Shown here one piece after another: positions 1 to 7,863 of a stretch of 64,000 bases of DNA. The stretch covers positions 43,844-107,843 of the forward strand of contig JBBTWP010000005.1 of the NCBI GenBank assembly GCA_038062675.1. Direction: 5' to 3'. This DNA comes from Patescibacteria group bacterium (GTDB lineage Bacteria > Patescibacteriota > Minisyncoccia > Phycocordibacterales > UBA1550). Both the position numbers and the translations under genes were made by a program. The notes under the pieces are model-generated. The model ran no database searches, was not told the DNA's origin, and saw only the letters and a list, made by a program, of their open reading frames with translations. Position 1 is the first letter of the stretch. Every line of letters starts with the position of its first letter.

Positions 1-2
1 TT

Positions 3-647
3 TCTATAGCTCCGGGACCATTTTCCATTTTCCGCAAAGAAGTCTTCGTAAAACTAGGACTCTATGAACAAGCTCACAATACTGAGGATATGGAAATTGC
101 GCTCCGCATGCAGTCAAACCACCTGCGTATCAGAAATATCCATACCGCACATGTTTACACTTCAGGACCTCGGACTTTCTACAAACTTTACCGCCAACGA
201 TTACGTTGGGCATACGGTGGTATAAAAAACATAATCGATTATCGCTTTATGCTCTTTCGTCGCACCTATGGCATTTTGGGAATGATCACACTTCCTCTCT
301 CCTTGTTTGGGATGATTATCTTTCTCTATAATTTTAGTTTTGTTGTGTTTTATGCAACAAAAAATATTCTCAGCAAACTCCTCGAAATTGGAACTGTTGG
401 CTTTTCTTTCACTCTCCCCACTATTGATTCCTTTTTCTTTAACACAAACTTTATAATGATTCTCTCCTACATCCTCCTCGGTTTTGCACTCGTTATTATT
501 TGGAATGGTACAAAACTTGCCGAAGGACGGTTCCGTCCAACATTCGGCATCTTTTATTTCTTAGTACTCTATGGTATTGTGGCACCAATCTGGATTGTAC
601 GCGCGTGGTGGAATGTCGCCTTTTCTCGACGCACCACATGGCGCTAA
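3..647 (+). CDS. GT2 processive glycosyltransferase (PgaC/IcaA/HAS-like), 5'-truncated by the window edge
   Basis: Open frame from nt 3 (SIAPGPFSIFRK...HNTEDMEIALR...QRLRW). Has TED and QxxRW motifs followed by TM helices. Confidence 0.85.
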   Translation, partial: SIAPGPFSIFRKEVFVKLGLYEQAHNTEDMEIALRMQSNHLRIRNIHTAHVYTSGPRTFYKLYRQRLRWAYGGIKNIIDYRFMLFRRTYGILGMITLPLSLFGMIIFLYNFSFVVFYATKNILSKLLEIGTVGFSFTLPTIDSFFFNTNFIMILSYILLGFALVIIWNGTKLAEGRFRPTFGIFYFLVLYGIVAPIWIVRAWWNVAFSRRTTWR

Positions 648-665
648 CCCTCACCACTACTCATT

Positions 666-1373
666 ATGCGCACCAAAATCGAAACAAAAAAATATATCAC
701 CGTCTTTATCATCACTCTAGCGATATTTCTTGGTGCATTTGCTATCAGTAAACGCTTTGAGGAGAGACGTCTTGGGGAAGTAAGAACTATTGAAAACAAA
801 ATTTCACTCGATATCATTGCTTCCGAAACTCAATTTGCGCTTCTCAAGGAACTTTCCTGCAAAGCAATTGATCACAGTACCGCCTTCTCTGAAGAGCTCA
901 ACAACCTCGCGCAAAAACTGACCATCATGGAAAACAATCTGGGCGACAAGAACACTGATGTTACCAATCTCAAAAAATACTATTCACTGCTTCAAGTTAA
1001 AGACTATTTGCTGGTAAAACAAATCAATGAACGATGTCGTGTAAAACCAATTACGGTCATTTATTTTTATTCGAATGCGGGAGATTGCAACGACTGCAAG
1101 AAAGAGGGATATGTCCTCGATAGTTTGCGCGAAGAATACCCCGAGCTTCGTATTTATTCTTTTGACTACAATCTTGACCTCTCTGTTGTAAAAACCATGA
1201 AATCGATATACGGAGTTAAAAACACCCTCCCTGCACTTATTATTTCTGAAGATCCACACTACGGATTTCAAAGAGTTGAAGACATGGAAAGGCTTATTCC
1301 CGAGCTCCAGAGATTGCGTGCGCAACACGAAAAGGAAGCGCTCAAAAAAACTGGCACGAGTACTGCAGAGTAA
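666..1373 (+). CDS. Membrane-anchored thioredoxin-fold protein
   Basis: N-terminal TM helix and coiled coil, then IYFYS...DCNDC (CxxC) and a TLP cis-Pro-like motif. Confidence 0.6.
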   Translation: MRTKIETKKYITVFIITLAIFLGAFAISKRFEERRLGEVRTIENKISLDIIASETQFALLKELSCKAIDHSTAFSEELNNLAQKLTIMENNLGDKNTDVTNLKKYYSLLQVKDYLLVKQINERCRVKPITVIYFYSNAGDCNDCKKEGYVLDSLREEYPELRIYSFDYNLDLSVVKTMKSIYGVKNTLPALIISEDPHYGFQRVEDMERLIPELQRLRAQHEKEALKKTGTSTAE

Positions 1374-1426
1374 CCACAGAAAAAGACCGCAGGGCGTACG
1401 CCCCGCGGTCTTTTTCTGTGGTTACT
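1369..1426. terminator. Long hairpin between convergent genes, probable bidirectional terminator
   Basis: agtaaccacagaaaaagaccgc / gcggtctttttctgtggttact is a 22-bp perfect stem, with an inner gggcg/cgccc stem. Confidence 0.7.
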
Positions 1427-1430
1427 GCGA

Positions 1431-1955
1431 TTACCCACGAACATCAATGAGTTCCATAAACTCAAGAATTTCTCCTGTATAAGTAGGAACTACTGAAGTA
1501 TTATAGTGCCAAAGTTTTTCTTCTGTCGTCTTGCCTTTATAATAACGCTCTGTTTTGGGGTTACCCCCTCCAAGGTTACGTGCAACAGTCTCGATAGCTG
1601 TTTCCCATGCGTCAAACTTAATCTTACATGAACCCCATCCGAAAGGATTTTTTCCACATGCGAATTTACCACCCGTGGATTCTTTGATCGCAATAGCTGG
1701 CAAAAGACGCCAATCGATATTGTGTTCTTCTGCTGCGAGCACCATGGTCATACCATAGCCCACAAGAGGCATGTTGCGCTTCTCAAAGTACGTATCGATT
1801 TTATCGGCACGATCCTTAAGGACAAGTGTCTGGGCCTCTTTTGCATCTTTCTGGATAACTACTTGAGTGCTATTGGTCATCGCAAACGGAGACGAGGTGG
1901 TCAAAAAAGGAATGAACAACAAGCCTCGCACGAATTGTATTGTTTGTTTTTTCAT
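1431..1955 (-). CDS. Secreted lysozyme-fold cell-wall hydrolase (glucosaminidase/lytic transglycosylase-like)
   Basis: Signal-like N-terminus and IDWRLLPAIAIKESTGGK...NPFGW with a catalytic ES motif. Confidence 0.7.
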   Translation of the reverse strand: MKKQTIQFVRGLLFIPFLTTSSPFAMTNSTQVVIQKDAKEAQTLVLKDRADKIDTYFEKRNMPLVGYGMTMVLAAEEHNIDWRLLPAIAIKESTGGKFACGKNPFGWGSCKIKFDAWETAIETVARNLGGGNPKTERYYKGKTTEEKLWHYNTSVVPTYTGEILEFMELIDVRG

Positions 1956-2061
1956 AAGGTAGCGATATGTGCTTCGCTAAACGCGTTGTCGTCTTTTCAC
2001 TACTTCAACAAAAAAGCACCTAACTAAAGGTGCACGTGATTACTTCTTTAATAACTCTTAT

Positions 2062-2090
2062 ATACTAGCATGTCAAGGCAAAAAAGTCAA
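2062..2090 (-). promoter_or_regulatory. Sigma70-type promoter for the hydrolase gene
   Basis: TTGACT, 17-nt spacer, TAGTAT with a TGn extension on the minus strand. Confidence 0.55.
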
Positions 2091-2261
2091 GGGTTTTGAG
2101 CTCATTGCTCATTGGTGTTTTGTATAAAATGAACGAAAACTCTATATTTTGCAAGGGTTTTTTAGAATAGCACTTTACAGTTTAAATTTCGTGTTTTTTA
2201 ATAAAAAAGACCTCCCCTTCAAAAGAAACTGCGGGTAAGCAATTCAAGGAAGATAGAAAAT

Positions 2262-2288
2262 AAAAGCCATCTTGCGAGATGGCTTTTT
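2262..2288 (-). terminator. Intrinsic terminator after the sigma factor gene
   Basis: aaaagccatct-tgcg-agatggctttt hairpin. Confidence 0.65.
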
Positions 2289-2297
2289 AAAGAAAAT

Positions 2298-3194
2298 CTA
2301 ATAAAACATTGCCCTTTCCAACGCTTCTTCAGTCTGAATCGAGTAATTTGCAATCAAATAAGCCCGAAGTTCCATTAAAACCTGTTGCTGTATCTGAGAA
2401 ACACGAGATTCACTTATTCCCAATTTCTCACCTAACTCCTTACAAGTGAATCTTTCCTCATCGCAAGACAGAGTACGACGCAGAAGAACTTCTTTTTCCC
2501 GTTCCGTTAACAAACTCAGCGCGCCAAGCAAAATCGGCAAAAACCTCTTTGCATCCTCATCTCGTTCCCAAGTAGCCATCCCTCCATCCCAAGAAACAGA
2601 ATGTTGAAGAGAGAACTGCCGGTCTTCCGTTTCGCAAATACAAGAGAGGCTGAAAGTCATGCGAAATTCTTGAACCAATCGCGCACCTTCAAACTTCTCT
2701 TGAACATGTACAGGGAGAGCATTTTTCCATTCCGCAAGTGTCGGACTTCGCAACAATGTCTGCTGAGCAAGCTGTACATAAATACGCTCAGCGGTACGCA
2801 CAGCTTTTGTGATCGCCTTTGGAAAAGGAGAGTCCTTTCTTAAGGCATCGATAATCGCCCCTTTGATGCGTAGTCCTGCGTAGGTGTCAAAGCTTGCGCC
2901 CCGAGACACATCGTAGTTATTTACCGCACTCAAGAGACCAATATTACCCTCCTGAACAAGGTCATTAAGAGGAAAGAAGCTCCCTGCCCCATGTCTTGCA
3001 ACACGATAAGCAACGGAATGAACAAGATCTGCAGAACGAACGACAATCTCATGCATTGCTTTCTCTTCCCCTTTTCGGGCTCGAACAATAAGCCTAAGCG
3101 CCTCTTCTTGTGGAAGCTTTTTGATTACCCGCTTCTCTATGTGTGAAGGAACTTGAGAAGACCTAACGTGCACAGTCTCATTTGCTGTTTCCAT
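2298..3194 (-). CDS. RNA polymerase sigma factor, sigma-70 group 3 (FliA/WhiG-like)
   Basis: Region 2 DLVQEGNIGLLSAVNNYDVSRGASFDTYAGLRIKGAIIDALRK, region 4 HTH ELGEKLGISESRVSQI, and an AGGAGG SD. Confidence 0.8.
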   Translation of the reverse strand: METANETVHVRSSQVPSHIEKRVIKKLPQEEALRLIVRARKGEEKAMHEIVVRSADLVHSVAYRVARHGAGSFFPLNDLVQEGNIGLLSAVNNYDVSRGASFDTYAGLRIKGAIIDALRKDSPFPKAITKAVRTAERIYVQLAQQTLLRSPTLAEWKNALPVHVQEKFEGARLVQEFRMTFSLSCICETEDRQFSLQHSVSWDGGMATWERDEDAKRFLPILLGALSLLTEREKEVLLRRTLSCDEERFTCKELGEKLGISESRVSQIQQQVLMELRAYLIANYSIQTEEALERAMFY

Positions 3195-3288
3195 AACACC
3201 TCCTCATGATGGTTCGACTAATTAACAAAGTACCACAAAACTTCAAAAAAACAAACCTTCTCGGGCGTCTTTCTATGACGCACAATAC

Positions 3289-5760
3289 TTATTGTCCATG
3301 GCACTTCTTGTATTTTTTGCCACTACCGCAAGCACAGAGTTCGTTGCGTCCAACTTTGTCGGATTGTGCAGGCGCAGGTTTTGACGCAGACTCATCCGCA
3401 TCCTCGGCTCCGCCAATTTCAATAGCATTCTTCACTATCTCTCGTGCTTTTTCTTCTTCCTTCGCAAACGCGCCCGCGCCGACCCCCGGCAAAATACGTA
3501 AAATTTCACTCTGAACCGTCTCTTTCATTTCACGAAACAATCGCATTCCGTCTTTTTTGTATTCAATGAGAGGATCTCGCTGACCATACGCGCGGAGATT
3601 CACCGAGGACTTCAAGTATTCCATTGCTTCAAGGTGCTCCATCCACACCATATCGGTGACCTGCAAAATAAGGCGTTTGACGGTAGCATAAAATTCCGGC
3701 TCACCAAGAGCTGCCACCTTCTGAGCAACAAGCTCAGTGAGCGCAGTATCTCCTGCGATGATTTCCACGAGATACGCTTTTACCGCATCCTGTCCACCCA
3801 TGAGCACTTCGCGACGTTTGCCGTACACAAAAGCACGCTGTTTGGTCATGACGTCATCATAGGAAAGCACATGCTTGCGAGAATCAAAGTGAAAGCCTTC
3901 AATCTTCTCTTGCGCCGTTTCAAGCGAACGCGAAATGAGTTTGTTTTGTATCGCCTCATCTTCAGCTATGCCAAGTCTTCCCATCATGTTCTTTACCACA
4001 TCAGAAGCAAAGACGCGCATCAGGCTATCTTCCATGGAAACAAAAAACTGTGTCTCCCCCGGATCCCCTTGTCGTCCTGCGCGACCACGGAGCTGATTGT
4101 CGATGCGCCGCGCTTCATGACGTTCTGTTCCAAGCACAAACAAACCACCGAGCACCTTCACTTCGTCATACAACTCGGGAGTACTTGGATTTCCGCCAAG
4201 TTTAATATCCACACCGCGACCTGCCATATTGGTGGCAATCACCACGCTTCCCTTGCGCCCCGCCTGAGCGACAATTTCTCCTTCGCGTTCATGATTCTTT
4301 GCATTCAACAACTCATGAGGCACTCCTTCACGCTTGAGATATTCTGAAAGGAGTTCGTTTTTCTCAATAGAAACCGTACCAATAAGTACCGGCTGACCTT
4401 TTGCATTCAACTCTTTCACTTTTCGCGCAATTGCCTTAAATTTCCCTTGTTCTGTCTGGAAAATAAGATCCTGACGATCAATACGCGCCACACCACGATT
4501 GGTAGGAATTGATGAAACTTCCAATCCGTACACTTTGAAAAATTCTTCGCTTGAAGTTGCCGCCGTCCCCGTCATGCCGGCAAGTTTTGCATACAATCGG
4601 AAATAATTTTGAAATGTAATCGACGCAAATGTGCGTGACTCTTGCTGAATCTTGACTCCTTCTTGTGCTTCGACTGCTTGATGAAGCCCCTCGGACCAAC
4701 GGCGCCCCGGCTGAAGACGCCCCGTAAACTCATCGACAATAATGACCTCGCCATTTTGCACCACATACTCTTTGTCGTGATGAAACAATGCGCGTGCACG
4801 CACCGCAGTTTCTAAATGGTGCACATATTTCACTCCTCGCTCTGTATAGATGTTTTCAACACCCAAAAGCTCCTCTGCTTTAGTGATACCAGCATCAGTA
4901 ATCTGAATAGCTCGCAATTTTTCATCGATTGTGTAATGCTCCCCTTCTTTGAGTTTGTTTGCGATACCAGCAAACGTCTGATAGAGATTCTCTGCGTCGC
5001 CAGAGGGAGCCGAGATAATAAGCGGGGTACGCGCTTCATCAATCAAGATTGAGTCAATTTCATCCACAATAGCGTAGTGATATTCGCGTTGAGTAAGATC
5101 TTCGGGGCGATACGCAATATTGTTGCGCAAATAATCAAAACCAAATTCATTATTCGTACCATAGGTAATATCCGCCGCATACGCATCGCGCTTTGAGCAT
5201 GGTCGCATGAATTCGTGAATAACCTTAAACGAAGCAACTTCATCGCGTGTTTCATCCAAATTTTGATGATTAGGATCGTAGAGATATGAGGAATCATGAT
5301 TAAGTACGCCGACAGACAACCCAAGGAACGAATAAATCTGACCCATCCACACTGCATCACGACGCGAGAGATAATCATTCACCGTTACCACATGAACTCC
5401 TTTGCCCTCCAGCGCATTCAAGTATGCGGGGAGTGTTGCGACGAGTGTTTTTCCTTCTCCTGTCATCATCTCGGCAATCCTTCCCTCATGGAGCGCCATA
5501 CCTCCCATGAGTTGAACATCATAATGACGCTGGCCAAGCGTACGGCGGGCTGCTTCACGCACCGCTGCAAACGCCTCAGGAATGAGGTCGTTCAACAGTG
5601 CACCTCCCGCGAGGCGCGTACGAAATTCAGCAGTTTTTTGAGGAAATGCCTCATCGGAAAGAGCTTGGAATTGAGGCTCTAGGGCATTAACGCTCTTGAT
5701 AATGGGGGCGTAGAGTTTGGCAGCTCCTCCTCCCCCGATAAGATTCTTTAAAAATGACAT
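3289..5760 (-). CDS. secA: Preprotein translocase ATPase SecA
   Basis: MMTGEGKT, DEIDSILIDEARTPLIIS, ATNMAGRGVDI and RRIDNQLRGRAGRQGDPG motifs, plus C-terminal SEC-C (GRNELCACGSGKKYKKCH). Confidence 0.99.
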   Translation of the reverse strand: MSFLKNLIGGGGAAKLYAPIIKSVNALEPQFQALSDEAFPQKTAEFRTRLAGGALLNDLIPEAFAAVREAARRTLGQRHYDVQLMGGMALHEGRIAEMMTGEGKTLVATLPAYLNALEGKGVHVVTVNDYLSRRDAVWMGQIYSFLGLSVGVLNHDSSYLYDPNHQNLDETRDEVASFKVIHEFMRPCSKRDAYAADITYGTNNEFGFDYLRNNIAYRPEDLTQREYHYAIVDEIDSILIDEARTPLIISAPSGDAENLYQTFAGIANKLKEGEHYTIDEKLRAIQITDAGITKAEELLGVENIYTERGVKYVHHLETAVRARALFHHDKEYVVQNGEVIIVDEFTGRLQPGRRWSEGLHQAVEAQEGVKIQQESRTFASITFQNYFRLYAKLAGMTGTAATSSEEFFKVYGLEVSSIPTNRGVARIDRQDLIFQTEQGKFKAIARKVKELNAKGQPVLIGTVSIEKNELLSEYLKREGVPHELLNAKNHEREGEIVAQAGRKGSVVIATNMAGRGVDIKLGGNPSTPELYDEVKVLGGLFVLGTERHEARRIDNQLRGRAGRQGDPGETQFFVSMEDSLMRVFASDVVKNMMGRLGIAEDEAIQNKLISRSLETAQEKIEGFHFDSRKHVLSYDDVMTKQRAFVYGKRREVLMGGQDAVKAYLVEIIAGDTALTELVAQKVAALGEPEFYATVKRLILQVTDMVWMEHLEAMEYLKSSVNLRAYGQRDPLIEYKKDGMRLFREMKETVQSEILRILPGVGAGAFAKEEEKAREIVKNAIEIGGAEDADESASKPAPAQSDKVGRNELCACGSGKKYKKCHGQ

Positions 5761-5821
5761 AGGGGTAGTTTAGCACAATCAAGCGCCACTTTAAAAGGGG
5801 TTATCTTTCTGAGGACAAAAT

Positions 5822-5859
5822 AACAAAAACGCTTTACCTTGAGGCAAAGCGTTTTTGTT
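5822..5859 (-). terminator. Intrinsic terminator after the small basic ORF
   Basis: aacaaaaacgcttt / aaagcgtttttgtt 14-bp stem. Confidence 0.75.
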
Positions 5860-5870
5860 TAGAGCGAAAT

Positions 5871-5960
5871 TTACTTTCGTCTTTTTGCAGTTTTTTTCTT
5901 TGCAACTTTCTTTGTAGTCTTTTTCTTTGCTACTTTCTTCGCTTTCTTTTTTGCTGCCAT
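5871..5960 (-). CDS. 29-aa Lys/Ala-rich small basic (histone H1-like) protein, absent from the ORF track
   Basis: Reads MAAKKKAKKVAKKKTTKKVAKKKTAKRRK* and is followed directly by its own terminator. Confidence 0.75.
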   Translation of the reverse strand: MAAKKKAKKVAKKKTTKKVAKKKTAKRRK

Positions 5961-6192
5961 ATTTTTATTGTGCTCGTATTTGCATTACTGCAAATACTTC
6001 GCGTATGCAAATTATTATCTACAATAACATTCGACCCAATCATCTGTGAAAAAAATTCTCAAATGATTGTGTGTAATTACCGGATCATTTACTATCATGG
6101 TGCTCGCATGAGACCGCTCTCATGCTCTGTACTCTGATCTATACTTATTATCGTACATCTGCAAACAAACGCAATACAAATTTACAAAAAAC

Positions 6193-6201
6193 TGTGGATA
6201 A
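6193..6201 (-). promoter_or_regulatory. Single perfect DnaA box
   Basis: tgtggataa is TTATCCACA on the minus strand and sits next to an AT-rich tract. Confidence 0.45.
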
Positions 6202-6287
6202 CTTTTTTTTAAAAAAAATATTTTTATAAAATGGTGATGATAAAAAATTAAAAATTAAAAATTAAATTCAAAAACAAATTTATTTTT

Positions 6288-7307
6288 TTATAAAATCACC
6301 ACTTCTTCCTCGAGAACAATCCCCGTTTTTTGAAAAAGACTGCCTCTCATTTTTTGCGCAAGATTTAAAATTTCTTGCGCCGACGCTCCACCATAATTCA
6401 CTAAAACAAGTGATTGTTTTTTGTACACTCCCACATTTCCACGCCGCACCCCACGCCAACCACACACTTTATCCAAAAGCCATGCAGCAGAAAGCTTTAT
6501 TGTTCCATCCCTTTGTACATAAGCCTTTATTTCAGGGTATGTTTTTTTAAGGCTCTCAAACACATCCACAGAAACAACGGGATTTTTAAAAAATGAGCCA
6601 GCCGTCCCGAGTGGGGGTGCCGGCATTTTTGCAGTGCGAATAGCAATAATTGCACAGCGGATATCTTCAAGTGACGGTGCATTATTATTTTGTGTTAAAA
6701 AATACTTCTTCACATCTTCGTAATCAGTTTGTGCTTTTTCTTCACGACCAAGTTCAAGCGCCGCACGTACGACAATTAAATTTCGATTTGTTTTAAAAAT
6801 ACTTGTACGATACCCAAACATACATTCACTGCGCAAAAAAATCTTTGTCTTCATTGTTTGCATGTCATATGCTTCGACCCAAAGGACACTGTCGCACACC
6901 TCAACACCATACGCGCCGATATTTTGTACTATGGCACCACCGAGAGTTCCTGGAACGAGCGAAAGATTTTCAATACCCCACAACCTCTCTAAAACTGCAG
7001 ACAGGACGACGTAGTCCCATCTTTCTCCCGCACCAACAATCATGCGTACGCGATTTCCCTCATCCAACTCAAAAGAAATACCCTTGCACTCTACCTTCAT
7101 AACAAGGCCTGAAAATCCCGTATCAGGAATCAGTACATTCGATCCACCACCAAGTACGAGTAGTGGAATGTTTTTTGCACGCGCGAACGAAACCACTTCA
7201 GATATTTGTGAGGCGCCAGTAATTCGCACAAAAAAACGCGCCGCACCTCCCACAAGCATCGTGGTCAAAGGGGCGAGCGCTACTCCTTCTTCGATTTGAA
7301 TATTCAT
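6288..7307 (-). CDS. murB: UDP-N-acetylmuramate dehydrogenase
   Basis: LGGGSNVL, PGTLGGAIVQNIGAYG, AGSFFKNP and LEEEV motifs. Confidence 0.97.
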   Translation of the reverse strand: MNIQIEEGVALAPLTTMLVGGAARFFVRITGASQISEVVSFARAKNIPLLVLGGGSNVLIPDTGFSGLVMKVECKGISFELDEGNRVRMIVGAGERWDYVVLSAVLERLWGIENLSLVPGTLGGAIVQNIGAYGVEVCDSVLWVEAYDMQTMKTKIFLRSECMFGYRTSIFKTNRNLIVVRAALELGREEKAQTDYEDVKKYFLTQNNNAPSLEDIRCAIIAIRTAKMPAPPLGTAGSFFKNPVVSVDVFESLKKTYPEIKAYVQRDGTIKLSAAWLLDKVCGWRGVRRGNVGVYKKQSLVLVNYGGASAQEILNLAQKMRGSLFQKTGIVLEEEVVIL

Positions 7308-7381
7308 ATAGTGAAAGATGAAAAATCTTTGTTGGAACCTCTATCCCCCCCCAAAAAAAATGTGGCAGAGGCAAATACTTA

Positions 7382-7524
7382 CTTTGAGTTACGGAACTCG
7401 TCGACGACACTTGCTTTTAAGGGGGTTTCGAGCGTGACGACGCGAGAATTTCAGGATTTTTTAAGCTTTAAAAAATCCGTACCCTTAAAAGCAAGTGTCG
7501 AGTAAAGAGTTCCGTAAATCAAAG
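7382..7524. mobile_element. 143-bp MITE-like element with terminal inverted repeats and a 7-bp target-site duplication
   Basis: TIR CTTTGA(G/T)TTACGGAACTC (17/18 match), inner 19-bp IR cgacacttgcttttaaggg, flanked by ATACTTA at 7375-7381 and 7525-7531. No transposase. Confidence 0.7.
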
Positions 7525-7544
7525 ATACTTAATAATTCCCGTAC

Positions 7545-7749
7545 TCTTTTGGCCAGCGTGGGCGAACCCCAACAAATGTCTAATATGTGAGTGCAGACGC
7601 TGGCCAAAAGAAAACAGGAGCTTCTTTTCTATTGTAGGTGATTTATGTCTTGGACGCAAACAGACGCGCAAAACCCCGCTTTCGCGGGGCCTTACGCAGA
7701 CATTCGTTTGTTGAATATGCCCTAAAGTTTCCTTCGGAACACTCACATA
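7545..7749 (-). ncRNA. Unidentified structured RNA (stand-alone ncRNA or murB leader)
   Basis: The 5' end pairs with 7584-7593. There is a 14-bp G-U-containing stem with a GAAA tetraloop (7666-7697), a 15-bp perfect helix (7545-7559/7597-7611) and a dedicated promoter. Confidence 0.55.
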
Positions 7750-7754
7750 AAAAA

Positions 7755-7782
7755 AGTATATCAGATTTAACTTAAAAGTCAA
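7755..7782 (-). promoter_or_regulatory. Near-consensus sigma70 promoter
   Basis: TTGACT, 16-nt spacer, TATACT with a TGn extension. Predicted TSS about 7748. Confidence 0.7.
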
Positions 7783-7863
7783 GCTTTTCGATTCTGCGGA
7801 ATCGTGTCGCGTAAGTCCTTTAGACGCGACACGATTCCACCCACGAGATGACTTGATGGGTTT

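Noticed and set aside
6185-6290. Possible oriC (DnaA box plus AT-rich tract)
   Set aside because: Only one perfect box was found, and there is no dnaA/dnaN or box cluster nearby.
7415-7490. Hammerhead-like three-way junction in the MITE (minus strand GUA...CUGA...GAAAC)
   Set aside because: The core reads CUGAAAU rather than CUGANGA, and the stem registers do not fit.
7545-7749. Assignment as RNase P, SRP, tmRNA or 6S RNA
   Set aside because: It has no GAGGAAAGUCC/P4 partner, the SRP helix-8 resemblance is only partial, there are no tRNA-like ends, and it is multibranched rather than a 6S-like rod.
7519-7782. 87-aa ORF in the track
   Set aside because: It starts at a TTG that is the -35 box, has no recognisable motif and overlaps the structured RNA.
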